Assembly: GCA_031367385.1 (NCBI GenBank)
Contig: JANLPS010000117.1
Location: 1-64,000 of the forward strand
Source of the DNA: Archangium sp.
Lineage (GTDB): Bacteria > Myxococcota > Myxococcia > Myxococcales > Myxococcaceae
DNA: 64,000 bases
Direction: 5' to 3'
Made by a program: the position numbers and the translations under genes. Position 1 is the stretch's first letter; the number at the start of each line of letters is the position of its first letter. The notes under the pieces were generated by a model that was not told the DNA's origin, searched no databases, and saw only the letters and a program-made list of their open reading frames with translations. This document shows, in pieces, positions 10,584 through 20,120 of this stretch.

Positions 10584-11624
10584 ATGCGCACCTCCTCCTG
10601 GCAGACGCTGCGCGCGGTCTTCGGGTTGCCACCGCCCCTCGAGCCGCTCGAGGAGTTGGCCGAAGACCCGCTGGTGCTCAAAGGCATTCGCGACGCGTAC
10701 GAGCGCTTCTCGACGCGCGTCAAAGCGATGGTCGAAAAGACAGGCGAAATCGGAGTACCGGCCAACCCACACATCAAAGTCATCGGTGGGTACGCGATTC
10801 TGCGAGAGCTGGGTCGTGGGGGCATGGGCGCGGTGTACCTGGCGAAGCTCGAAGACGGGCCGCAGGTGGTGATCAAGGTGCCCTTCTCGGAGTTCGGCAC
10901 CGACCCCGCCTACGTCGAGATCTTCTTTCGCGAGTTTCAGGCGCTGTCGACGGTGCGCCACGAGAACATCGTGCGGGTCTTTCGCTTCGGCAAAGACCCG
11001 ACGCACAACGTCTATTACTACGTGGCCGAGTTCGTCGACGGGGTCACGCTCAAGGAGCTCGTCGACGGGCAACCCGAGCAACCCTTCACTCCGACCGAGG
11101 CTGCGGTGGTGGTCTTGGCGACGTTGCGCGCGCTGCGGTTTCTGCGTGATCGCAAGATCACCCATCGCGACCTGAAGCTGGGCAATGTGATGTTCAACCA
11201 GCAAGGCGAGGTGAAGCTGATCGACTTCGGCGCGGCGAAGATTGCCGGCCAGTCTTCAGAGCTGACCAACGCCGGGGTCATGTTGGGTACCTTCGACTAC
11301 ATGGCGCCCGAGGCGGGCCGAAGAGACTCGTCGAAGACGGTCGGCATCGAGCGAGACATCTTCGCGGTGGGCATCATGTTCTACCGGTTGCTCAAGGGCC
11401 GGCTGCCGAACGATTTCGGAGGCGGACAAGATGCGGCGATCGCCTTCGCCCGGTTCTGCGACTCGAGAAAGCGGGTGCTGCGCGACACGAAGGGCTTTCC
11501 CCCGTTGCTCAAGCATTTGCTGTTTCGCCTGACCGAGCGTGACCCGGCGAAGCGGTTGACAGATTTCGACGAGATAGAGTGCCGATTGGCCCAGATCATC
11601 AAGATCGAAGCCGCGCGCGACTGA
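10584..11624 (+). CDS. Ser/Thr protein kinase (Hanks type, cytoplasmic)
   Basis: LGRGGMGAVY, VVIK, HRDLKLGN, DFG, GT..YMAPE, DIFAVG; start at ATG 10584 is a guess. Confidence 0.88.
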   Translation: MRTSSWQTLRAVFGLPPPLEPLEELAEDPLVLKGIRDAYERFSTRVKAMVEKTGEIGVPANPHIKVIGGYAILRELGRGGMGAVYLAKLEDGPQVVIKVPFSEFGTDPAYVEIFFREFQALSTVRHENIVRVFRFGKDPTHNVYYYVAEFVDGVTLKELVDGQPEQPFTPTEAAVVVLATLRALRFLRDRKITHRDLKLGNVMFNQQGEVKLIDFGAAKIAGQSSELTNAGVMLGTFDYMAPEAGRRDSSKTVGIERDIFAVGIMFYRLLKGRLPNDFGGGQDAAIAFARFCDSRKRVLRDTKGFPPLLKHLLFRLTERDPAKRLTDFDEIECRLAQIIKIEAARD

Positions 11625-11637
11625 TACGCTGGCCCTC

Positions 11638-12726
11638 GTGCGCCGCATCGGAGTCGTCGTCTCAGACATGCACCTCGGCACGGGCCACCGTCGTGGCCAG
11701 ATCAACATTTACGACGACTTCAAAGAAGATGAGCGGTTCGCCCAACTGATTCGCACCAAAGCCGCCGCGAACAGCGCCGACGAAGTGCACCTGATCTTCA
11801 ACGGCGACATCTTCGACCTCCTCAAGGTGCCGGTGATGGGCACTTTCCCCGAGTTGATTGGCGAGCGGCTGGCGAAGATCAAGCTGCAGCGGTGCCTGCG
11901 CGGTCACCCGGTCTTCATCAAAGCCGTCTCGGCCTTCTTGAAGCACGAAAACGCGGTCGTGCATTTTCAGCCCGGCAACCACGACATGGAGTTCTTCTTC
12001 ACCGGGGTGCAGCAGCTGTTCTGCCGGGCGCTCACCGGGCACGACGAGCACCCGCGGGTTCGTTTTCACGCGCGCGACCCGTTCTGGGAGCTCGACGGCG
12101 TGCAGTTTCACCACTGGCACCAGTTCGAGGCGATTCACGCGATGGACTTTGCGCGTCTCACCCTGCCCCGCCCCAACCGCGAGCCGATTCTGAACCTGCC
12201 CTGGGGCAGCTTGTTCGTGCTCAACGTGGTCAATGAGCTGGTTCGCGAGAGGCCCTACCTCGACAAGGTGCACCCGTTCTGGCCGCTGTTCATCGGCGGC
12301 ATGATCGTCGATACCCGCTTCACCTCGAAGATGATCGCCACCAGCGTGAGCGCGCTGATTCAGGCCCGCTTCAACCCGGCCTGGTGGCAGAAGCGGCCCT
12401 TCGAGAAGCTGAGCCGGTTCATTCGAAACGAGATCGGCTTCTTCGAGACGCTCGATCACCATGCCGCGCGAATCTTGAAGGCCTCACCGAACTTGCGCGC
12501 GGTGTTCATGGGCCACACCCACGTGCCAAAGCTGCGAGGCCTGGGCCGCGATGGGGTCTACATCAACACCGGCACGTGGATACCGATGGTCGACTTGAAC
12601 CTGGGCCGGCTCGGGCAGCGGCTCGAGCTGCACTACGGGTACATCGAGTGGAGCGACGGCGCGCCGCAGGTCTCGCTCCACCGGTGGCACGGCCGCACAC
12701 CTGAGAGCGAAGAAGTGATTGCTTGA
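11638..12726 (+). CDS. Calcineurin-like metallophosphoesterase
   Basis: SDMHLG, NGDIFD, GNHD, H.H, GHTH, YINTGTW motifs in order. Confidence 0.85.
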   Translation: MRRIGVVVSDMHLGTGHRRGQINIYDDFKEDERFAQLIRTKAAANSADEVHLIFNGDIFDLLKVPVMGTFPELIGERLAKIKLQRCLRGHPVFIKAVSAFLKHENAVVHFQPGNHDMEFFFTGVQQLFCRALTGHDEHPRVRFHARDPFWELDGVQFHHWHQFEAIHAMDFARLTLPRPNREPILNLPWGSLFVLNVVNELVRERPYLDKVHPFWPLFIGGMIVDTRFTSKMIATSVSALIQARFNPAWWQKRPFEKLSRFIRNEIGFFETLDHHAARILKASPNLRAVFMGHTHVPKLRGLGRDGVYINTGTWIPMVDLNLGRLGQRLELHYGYIEWSDGAPQVSLHRWHGRTPESEEVIA

Positions 12727-12762
12727 GCTCGGTGCCAACATCGCGGCCGTACTGGAATTGAA

Positions 12763-13638
12763 ATGGCACTTCGTCGTCGACTCCTGACTGCTGCGCTTCG
12801 CCTCTTGCCGGTCAAGTTGCGGTACCAGGTCATTCGAAGCGGCATGCGAATCGACGAGGCCGAGCTCGCCGGGGTCGAGGCGGTTCGCATCGCCAGCACC
12901 GTCGACGAGTACGTCGACTCGATGCGCCTGGTCTACGACGGGTACGTCGGTCGCGGCATCTTGAAAGAGCATGACTCGAAGGTGCGCATGACTCCCTATC
13001 TGGCGCTGCCCTCGACCGCGATCTTCGTCGCCATCGAAAAGGGCCAGGTCGCCGGTACTCTTTCATTGGTCAAAGACGGGCCCTTCGGCCTGCCGATGCA
13101 GAAGATTTATTCGGCCGAGGTGCAATCGGTACGAGACGAGGGCCGGGTCATCGCCGAGGTGGGCGCGCTCTGCGTCGCCAACGGCAAGCGCGGCACCGGA
13201 GTGCCCTTCTTGCTCTACAAGGCCATGTGGTTGGCGGCCCGGGGGCTCCTCAACGTCGATGATCTCGTCATCGCCGTGCACCCCGACGCGGCCGACTTGT
13301 ATTGCGCCACGCTGCAGTTCGAGCGAATCGGCCCGGTGCGCCACTACCCGTCGTTGACCCGCTCCGCGAGCGCGGTCGCGCTCAGGCTCAAGCTTCGCGA
13401 GAGCGAGCAGGCCTTCAAACAAAAATGGGGCGGGCTCCCCCAGACCCCCTCGAACCCGTACTGGCTCTACGTTCAACGCATCGACCCGCAGATCTCGCTC
13501 CCGACCGAAGCAACGAAGATCGGGAGCGAAGAGCTGCATCGAAAGGCGATCTTGAAGCTCGCCGCGCTTCGACCCGACATCGTGCTCGACCTCAACACCG
13601 CCGATTTCGAGGTGTGGCGCAGCGAGATGAAGAAATGA
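12763..13638 (+). CDS. N-acyl amino acid synthase FeeM-like (GNAT-fold) protein
   Basis: RLVYDGY...G, GTLSLV.DGPFGLPM..IY..EV..R..G..IAEVGAL, DDLVIAVHP....Y...L.FE.IG motifs characteristic of the FeeM/PEP-CTERM-associated acyltransferase family. Confidence 0.7.
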   Translation: MALRRRLLTAALRLLPVKLRYQVIRSGMRIDEAELAGVEAVRIASTVDEYVDSMRLVYDGYVGRGILKEHDSKVRMTPYLALPSTAIFVAIEKGQVAGTLSLVKDGPFGLPMQKIYSAEVQSVRDEGRVIAEVGALCVANGKRGTGVPFLLYKAMWLAARGLLNVDDLVIAVHPDAADLYCATLQFERIGPVRHYPSLTRSASAVALRLKLRESEQAFKQKWGGLPQTPSNPYWLYVQRIDPQISLPTEATKIGSEELHRKAILKLAALRPDIVLDLNTADFEVWRSEMKK

Positions 13639-13641
13639 GCC

Positions 13642-14163
13642 TCACTTCTTGATTGGTATCGCCCGCAGCTGAGAGTGAAGCGTGCGGGTGTGAATGAACA
13701 CCAGCTGCAGGTCGCCCAGGGTCACGAGGTCTGCGTTTGCGAGCGCCTTCTCGGTTCGAACCGGCTCGATGTTCACGAAGGTGCCGTTGAGCGAACGCTC
13801 GTCGCGAAGACGCCAGGCCTCGCCCTCAGCGATCAATGAGGCGTGAACCTTCGAGACCGACGGGTCATCAACCCGCGCCGCGCACCCCTCGCCTCGGCCC
13901 AGTTGAAAGACCTGAACCGACTGGCTCGGCTTGAAGAAGAAGACGTCGAGGGTTCGAAAAGCCCGCAGCATGACCAGAAGCTCGTCGAGGGTGTTGGGCT
14001 TGTGATGGCTGGCCAGGGTCGTGGCGCCCTGCAGCGTGAGCGTCGCACGGGCCAGCGCTTCGGGGGGTGGCCGGGCCAACAGGGCGACCGGCCCACGGCG
14101 CTCGACGAAAGCGTCGGCCGTCTCGGCCTGGGCCTGGTTTCGAAGCTCGAGCACCGCACTCAT
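13642..14163 (-). CDS. FHA domain protein
   Basis: LGR....., DPSVSKVHA, D..SLNGTFVN, D.VTLG: canonical FHA residues. Confidence 0.88.
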   Translation of the reverse strand: MSAVLELRNQAQAETADAFVERRGPVALLARPPPEALARATLTLQGATTLASHHKPNTLDELLVMLRAFRTLDVFFFKPSQSVQVFQLGRGEGCAARVDDPSVSKVHASLIAEGEAWRLRDERSLNGTFVNIEPVRTEKALANADLVTLGDLQLVFIHTRTLHSQLRAIPIKK

Positions 14164-14297
14164 GGCGGCACGCTACGAGAAGATGGCTTTTCGCGCGACA
14201 ATTCACCGGCGCCCCTGACGCAGTGTGGGCTTCGACGTGGTGCGCCGCTGACGCCCATCGGAACGTGAACGAGCGCGCTGCTGCGACGGCCCAGCAC

Positions 14298-16952
14298 CTA
14301 CGCGAGGTCTGCGCGCACCGTTCGGTAGCTGGCCACCCACTCCGCGACCTCCTGCGCGGTCGCCGGCAGCGCGGGCTTCGCAGCCTCGAGCAGCGCGGCG
14401 AGCAGCTGACTGGCGTGATCGAAGCGCGCGGCGGGCTCACGTTCAAAGGCTCGAGTGAAGACTGCGTCGAGTAGGGCCGGGAGCGCAGGGTTCACCTCGG
14501 AGGCCAGTCGCGGGCGCCAGAGCGGCAACGGCCCAGCGGGAAAGGCGCGCTCGCCGGTGAAGAGCTCGTAGAGCGTCGCGGCGGCGGTGTAGAGATCGGC
14601 CCGGCGGTCGATCGGCGCGTGCTCCGCCTGCTCGGGGCTCATGTAGGGCAGCGTGCCTCGGGCGACGCCGGTCTCGGTGCGAAAGAGGCGCGCCTCGGCC
14701 ATCGCCAAGCCGAAGTCGACCAACTTCACCGCTCCCAGGTGTGAGACCAACACGTTCGCTGGCGTCACGTCTCGATGCACCAGCTGCACCGCCACGCCCT
14801 GCGAGTCGGTGAGCGCGTGCGCGTGCTCCAACGCCGCCAGCAACCCCGCCGCGATGCTCAGCGCCACCGGCAACGGCGCGACCACCTCGGCCTGCTGCTG
14901 ATTCGCGATCAACGCTCGAAGCGGCGCGCCCTCGACGAACTCCATGGCGATGAAGTGCTGCCCCGCATCGACCCCGACCTCGTAGATCTGCGCGATGTTG
15001 GCGTGCTGCAGGCGCGCCGCGATGCGGGCCTCGTCGAGCAGGCTGGCCGCCGCTCGAGGGTTCTCGGCAAGCTCAGGCAGGAGCCGCTTGAGCGCGACCT
15101 TTCGTTCGAAGCCGCCCGGGCCCAGCTGCCACGCCAAGAACACCTCGGCCGACCCCCCCGCGGCGATCTTCTTCTCGACCCGATAGCGCCCGATTCGAGT
15201 CACCACCTCGCTCCGCTCCAGCGCCAGGCCCGCTTGCGAAGCCAAGGTCTCGAGAAAGGCCAGGTTTTGTTCTCGGTAGCCAAAGCCCGAATGCAGGCGC
15301 CCCACACCCAAGAAGCCGACCGGTACGCCGTGGGCGCGCACCGGCGCCGACATCACCAACCCGACGTTGAGCAGGGCCTGCTGCGTCTCGAGGGGCAGGT
15401 GGCGCGGGCACAACCCGGCGATGCCTCCCGCCTTCGCCAACGCCTGCTCGAGCGCCCCGTTTCGTTCGAGCGGGGCCACCCGTGGCGGCCCGTGAGCGCT
15501 GAGCAATCGCTCGAATTGTTGCCCGGTCGAGGCGATCTGCCAGAGCGCCGCCGACTCAGCGCCCAACACCAGCGCCGCGTCGACCACGCGCTGCAGGCTC
15601 GTCGCGCGAGGGTCGTTCTGAACCGAATCAGCCACGAGGCGCAGCGCCTCGGAGGCCTCGCCTGGGTTGACCTGCTCACGAGAAAACCAGGCGTCGACCG
15701 CGCGGCGGAGGCGCCGGTACACCGTGCCCACCGAGAGAAAGATCAGGGCGGTCATCGCCACCAGCGCCTCACGGCTATTGGCGAACCCCAGCGCGCTGAA
15801 GACCAACGGCAACGCAAAGAAGGCCGCGACCAGCAGCCCCGCCAGAACGCCCAAGGTGATGACGTAGCCCACCATCGAGGCGGCGTAGCGGTCGACGTCG
15901 AAGGGGTTGTGCCGAACCAGCACCACCGCCGTCGCTCCCGCGTAGACCAGCACGGAGACCACCGACAGGAAGTGAGCGAAGCTGCCGCCCAGCCCCGCTG
16001 AGCGAATGAGCATGTTGGCCACCAGGGGCAGAATCAGGCCCCCGACGGTCGCGAGGACGAGGGTGCGGGTCACCTCAATCAGCCTGGGGTTTCGCTGCTC
16101 GCGGGCGAACCGCCACTGGTACACGATGGCCACCAGGCCGGGCAGGCACGCCGCGCTCGACCAGATGGCGATCGCCGCGTCGACCCACCCGGCGACCCGA
16201 GGCGACAGGTCAATGACGTTCGCAATGCCGCCGACGAACGCGAGGGCCAGGGCCGCGCCGTAGAGGAGCTTCGAGTGCCGGCCAAAGGCCCACACCGAGG
16301 GGAAGGTCGAATAAAACTGAAACCCCACCACGGGCGCGGTGCAGAAGAGCGCTCCCATCAGAGCGAAGACGATGAAGGGCTCGGAGGGGAAGCTCTGCAT
16401 CAGCAGCGTCAGCAACCCGACCTCGTACATCAGAAGAAAAAACAGCCAGCTCTGCTTCGTGCCCGGCCGCAGCACGAAGATGCTGGCGCCGAACAAGAAG
16501 ACGAGAACACCCGCGAGCAGCCGCACGGCGAGCGCGAACCCCATCAGTCGACTGGGCGGCAGCACTTCTCCCTGCGCTTCGAAGACCACTCCGTTTCTTC
16601 GAAAGGTGGCCTTGAGCGGCCCCACGGGGAGCCCGGCTCGCGTCTCGAAGAAGCGGCTTGGAACAATCGGCTGACCTTCGAACGCCAACAGCTCGTCGCC
16701 CGGCTCGAGGGTCGGCCAGCGCTCGGCGCCGCCGACGAGCGCCACCGCCAAATGACGCTGAATGTCGAAGCCGAGCGCCCCGCTGTTCAGATCTCGGTGC
16801 ACCCCGATCGCCTGCATCACCGCGAGCACCCCGAAGAGCGCACACAGGCCGATGAAGAGCGCGAGAAAGCGGGTGCCTCGGAGCCGAGAGAAGATGGTCA
16901 AGGTCGCCAGCAGCTGGGGAGCCGTGGCGAGGCGCTCCGAGCTCTTCGTCAC
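14298..16952 (-). CDS. Membrane-bound Ser/Thr kinase (PDZ-like, multi-TM, GAF-like, kinase)
   Basis: LEPGDELLAFEG (PDZ-like), about 8-9 hydrophobic helices, FLETLASQAGLALE (GAF end), AGGSAEV, ALK, HRDVTPAN, DFG, YMSPE; GTG start at 16952 with GGAG upstream. Confidence 0.85.
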   Translation of the reverse strand: MTKSSERLATAPQLLATLTIFSRLRGTRFLALFIGLCALFGVLAVMQAIGVHRDLNSGALGFDIQRHLAVALVGGAERWPTLEPGDELLAFEGQPIVPSRFFETRAGLPVGPLKATFRRNGVVFEAQGEVLPPSRLMGFALAVRLLAGVLVFLFGASIFVLRPGTKQSWLFFLLMYEVGLLTLLMQSFPSEPFIVFALMGALFCTAPVVGFQFYSTFPSVWAFGRHSKLLYGAALALAFVGGIANVIDLSPRVAGWVDAAIAIWSSAACLPGLVAIVYQWRFAREQRNPRLIEVTRTLVLATVGGLILPLVANMLIRSAGLGGSFAHFLSVVSVLVYAGATAVVLVRHNPFDVDRYAASMVGYVITLGVLAGLLVAAFFALPLVFSALGFANSREALVAMTALIFLSVGTVYRRLRRAVDAWFSREQVNPGEASEALRLVADSVQNDPRATSLQRVVDAALVLGAESAALWQIASTGQQFERLLSAHGPPRVAPLERNGALEQALAKAGGIAGLCPRHLPLETQQALLNVGLVMSAPVRAHGVPVGFLGVGRLHSGFGYREQNLAFLETLASQAGLALERSEVVTRIGRYRVEKKIAAGGSAEVFLAWQLGPGGFERKVALKRLLPELAENPRAAASLLDEARIAARLQHANIAQIYEVGVDAGQHFIAMEFVEGAPLRALIANQQQAEVVAPLPVALSIAAGLLAALEHAHALTDSQGVAVQLVHRDVTPANVLVSHLGAVKLVDFGLAMAEARLFRTETGVARGTLPYMSPEQAEHAPIDRRADLYTAAATLYELFTGERAFPAGPLPLWRPRLASEVNPALPALLDAVFTRAFEREPAARFDHASQLLAALLEAAKPALPATAQEVAEWVASYRTVRADLA

Positions 16953-17160
16953 GACGGCTCCAGTGCCTCTCGAGACGCCCGACGCTCCGCGCTGTGGCGC
17001 TGAGTCGCTTCGAAGCGCCACGCGTGGGGCGTCAACCGGAGCACAGCCTCATTCGGTCGTTTCGAAAGGCGCAGGAGGCACTCCAAGTGTATCGCTTCGC
17101 GGCGCCTGTCAGCTTACGGCGTGTGGGGCAGCAGCGGCGACAAAGACCGAGGCGGCGAGC

Positions 17161-17814
17161 TCACCGTTTGATGCCGAGCAGCATGCCATCGGGCGTGGGA
17201 ATGGTGACGGTGTCGAAGGCGGCACGCGACTCTTCGTGAAACCGGCGCATCGCGGCCGAGCGCGAATCGTCGCCGAGCAGCTGGGCGAAGAGAAAGACGT
17301 TGTCGCCGATGAGCAAGCCGCCCTGACGCACGTGCTTCGCGGCCCAGCGGCCGTACGAGTCGTAGTTCTCTTTGTCGGCATCGATGAACACGCCGCAGAA
17401 GGGGCCGTGCTTCTCGAGGGTCGGCAAGACCTCGAGGCCCGCTCCGACGATGACGGTGATTCGCTTCGATTCTCCGGCGGCGGCGATGACTCTTCGGGCC
17501 ACCTCGGCGTGCCTCGGGTCGAACTCAATCGTGTACACGTGCCCATCAGCGGGGAGCGCACGGGCCAACCGCAGCGCGGAGTAGCCTGCGAGTGTGCCGA
17601 GCTCGACGACTTTTCGGGCTCCCGCGAGGCGGAGCAGCATCTCGGTCAGCTTGGCTTCTGAGGGCGCGAGCTGAATCGCGGGCATCTTGTTCTGCGAGGG
17701 TGCGTCGAAGGCCTGCTGCAGCGCCGCGTCATTCGGCGCGTGCGTCTTGGTCGCCCACTGCAGAATCTCCGGCGTGAAGTACACCTGCCCTGCTCTCGAG
17801 TCGTTGTCGGCCAT
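17161..17814 (-). CDS. SAM-dependent O-methyltransferase (caffeoyl-CoA/COMT class, Methyltransf_3)
   Basis: VELGTLAGYSAL, FIDADKENY, GGLLIGDNV, PTPDG. Confidence 0.9.
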   Translation of the reverse strand: MADNDSRAGQVYFTPEILQWATKTHAPNDAALQQAFDAPSQNKMPAIQLAPSEAKLTEMLLRLAGARKVVELGTLAGYSALRLARALPADGHVYTIEFDPRHAEVARRVIAAAGESKRITVIVGAGLEVLPTLEKHGPFCGVFIDADKENYDSYGRWAAKHVRQGGLLIGDNVFLFAQLLGDDSRSAAMRRFHEESRAAFDTVTIPTPDGMLLGIKR

Positions 17815-17839
17815 GGCACGTACCCTCTCAAATTCACCA

Positions 17840-17865
17840 CCGTTCGTCGTGAGCGAAGTCGAAGG
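17840..17865 (-). repeat. REP-like element (same family as 8398 and 26183)
   Basis: CCGTTCGTCGTGAGCGAAGTCGAAGG; reverse complement CCTTCGACTTCGCTCACGACGAACGG. Confidence 0.55.
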
Positions 17866-17932
17866 CCTCCCTCCAGTGGAGCGCTCGGCTCACATTTGAC
17901 CTGCGGCGCCCGGTTGGCCTACGCGCCCCTGC

Positions 17933-19729
17933 ATGCAGACTCAGCTTGCTCGTCTCCTCCCAGTTCTTCTGCTCGTCGCCATTGGCTGTGGCCAAGCCCC
18001 AAGCACGGGCGCCAACACCGATGGGGGCACCCAGCTGGGCGACGGCGGTCAGGTCGCCACGACCGACCCTCGGCTCTCATTGGTGGGCGTCACAGGCGAG
18101 CTGTCGATGACCGACGCGAAGCCGCTCTCGGTGACCTTTCACCTCGAGAACCCGAAGAACAAGCTGGTGCTGCTGCAAGCCCTGCCCGACACCGTGGTGC
18201 TCGCCGCCGGCTCGGCCAGCGTCACGTACGACCCCAGCACCGCGAATGGCACGCTCGACGGGCACATCACCATCACCTCGAAGAACCCCACGCCGCTCAC
18301 CTTCGTCGTCACCCTCACCGGCGTCTCGGTGGTCGACATCCCCTCCGTGAGCTTCACGGTGCACTACGCACCAGCTATGCAAGCCACCCTCGCGCTCGGC
18401 AATGGGGCCATCACCCGCATCACCGGGCTCACCTACGACGCGGCTGGCAACGGCATCATCAGCGGCACCTTCGACAAGACGGTCGACTTCGGTTCGGGTG
18501 CGGTCACCAACGCCGGGGGGCTCGATGGCTTCGTCGTGAAGTTCGCGCAGTCGGGAGCGCTCGCCTGGGCCAAGAGCGTCTCGAGCACCGGCAACGACTC
18601 AATCGAAGGCATCTCGGTCGACGCTGAGGGCAACATCGCGCTGGTCGGTGAGGTCGCCGCGCAGACGGCGACCGTGGCCGGGCGGGCGGTCACTCCCACA
18701 GCACTTGGCTTCGATGGTCGGGCCGCGGTCGTCGCTTCTCTGACCCCCGCCGGCGAGGTGCGTTGGGTCAAGGTTCTCGAGCCGAAGACGACGACCTCGA
18801 CACCGGTGCTCACGACCTCGACCGTGGCGGCCTCGGCCGATGGCCACGTCACGGTTGGCGGCTCACTGAGCGGGGCCGTGGTGTTCGGCGCCTCGACCTA
18901 CACCTCGGCGAGCGCCTCGAGTGCCTACGTGGCGCAGCTCGGCAAAGATGGCAGCCCCTCATGGCTTCGCCTGATTGAAAAGGCCACCGGAGGCTCGAAC
19001 TTCTCAGCCACCGTGACGACCCTCGCGCTCGACACGGGTGGTGCGATGTATGCGGGAGGCAACTTCACCGAGACCTTCACCCCGGCCGGCGCGGGTTCGC
19101 CGCTCGATGCATCGGTCAACCAGGCCTATGTCGCGAGGCTCGACCAAGCAGGTGCGGTGATGTGGGCGCAGGGCGTTGGCAGCGCGGCTCCGCCATTTGC
19201 TTCGCAGGAGCGTTTTCGAGCGATCGTTCTGGCGGTTGCCTCGAATGGCGATGCGCTGGTGGCGGGCTCCGTCGTGTCGGGCAAGCCGGTGAAGGTCGGC
19301 AGCGCCACGGTGGCCACGTCGAACGCCGAACAGATGTTCATCGGCTCGTTCAGCAGAAGCGGCGCGACCCAGTGGGCGCACGGGTTCGTCAGCGGAGGCA
19401 TCGTGCCGAACGCCATCGTCGCGGCGGGTACCAGCTTCTACGTGGGCGGCGTGTTCGGGCAGGGAGACCTGATGTTGGGTGGCATCGCGCGCCCCGCCGT
19501 CGGAGAGGTCGACGGCTTCGTCGCGCACTTCGACGCAGCAGGCGCCCTGACCGGCGTGGCAACCGCCGGCTCGACGGGTCGCGACGCGGTGTACGCACTT
19601 GCGCCCACCTCTTCGGGAGGCTGTGTCGCCGCGACCTTCGCCGGCGCAGCCGTCAAGCTCAGCTCGGGCAGCACGCCGAATGACAAGGCTGCCGCGGTCG
19701 TCGCCGATGTTTCTGTCTTGCCGAAGTGA
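17933..19729 (+). CDS. Lipoprotein with beta-propeller (SBBP-like) repeats
   Basis: LLLVAIGC lipobox; repeated D..GN..(I/V).G.F...(V)DFG, DGFVVK...G...W units. Confidence 0.7.
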   Translation: MQTQLARLLPVLLLVAIGCGQAPSTGANTDGGTQLGDGGQVATTDPRLSLVGVTGELSMTDAKPLSVTFHLENPKNKLVLLQALPDTVVLAAGSASVTYDPSTANGTLDGHITITSKNPTPLTFVVTLTGVSVVDIPSVSFTVHYAPAMQATLALGNGAITRITGLTYDAAGNGIISGTFDKTVDFGSGAVTNAGGLDGFVVKFAQSGALAWAKSVSSTGNDSIEGISVDAEGNIALVGEVAAQTATVAGRAVTPTALGFDGRAAVVASLTPAGEVRWVKVLEPKTTTSTPVLTTSTVAASADGHVTVGGSLSGAVVFGASTYTSASASSAYVAQLGKDGSPSWLRLIEKATGGSNFSATVTTLALDTGGAMYAGGNFTETFTPAGAGSPLDASVNQAYVARLDQAGAVMWAQGVGSAAPPFASQERFRAIVLAVASNGDALVAGSVVSGKPVKVGSATVATSNAEQMFIGSFSRSGATQWAHGFVSGGIVPNAIVAAGTSFYVGGVFGQGDLMLGGIARPAVGEVDGFVAHFDAAGALTGVATAGSTGRDAVYALAPTSSGGCVAATFAGAAVKLSSGSTPNDKAAAVVADVSVLPK

Positions 19730-19880
19730 GACCAACGTGTGCCTTTCGGTGCACGACTTGGAGAACATCGGAGCCAAATAGTTTCGGTCAGTCTCCACGT
19801 GGCTGAAATGACGGGCATGCAGGGGGGCCCGTGCCGTGCAGTGCCGGTGCACACGTCAGTTCACTCGGAGGGAGCACCCC

Positions 19881-20048
19881 ATGGCGAAAAAGAAGCAGTT
19901 CAGAGAAGTGCCTGCGGATCAACTCGCTGTCGTCGTTGGCGGGTTGGAGGATGAGATGGCGGGACTCCGAGATGCCATCATGCGAGACGGTACCCTCAGC
20001 AGTGCCGATGCCGAACGAACAGCGACCATCGCCGTCGGTGGCAAGTAG
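19881..20048 (+). CDS. 55-aa peptide with double-glycine-type leader
   Basis: Strong RBS GGAGGGAG; MAKKKQFREVPADQLAVVVGG|LEDEMAGLRDAIMRDG... Confidence 0.6.
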   Translation: MAKKKQFREVPADQLAVVVGGLEDEMAGLRDAIMRDGTLSSADAERTATIAVGGK

Positions 20049-20120
20049 GTCGCTGAAGACTTTAGAACCGCTCAACGACAGAGGTGATTCTCGCTGACCC
20101 AGGTGCCATGGTCAGAATCA

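Noticed and set aside
19800..19860. Sigma-54 promoter near the peptide gene
   Set aside because: GG and GC elements do not have the required spacing
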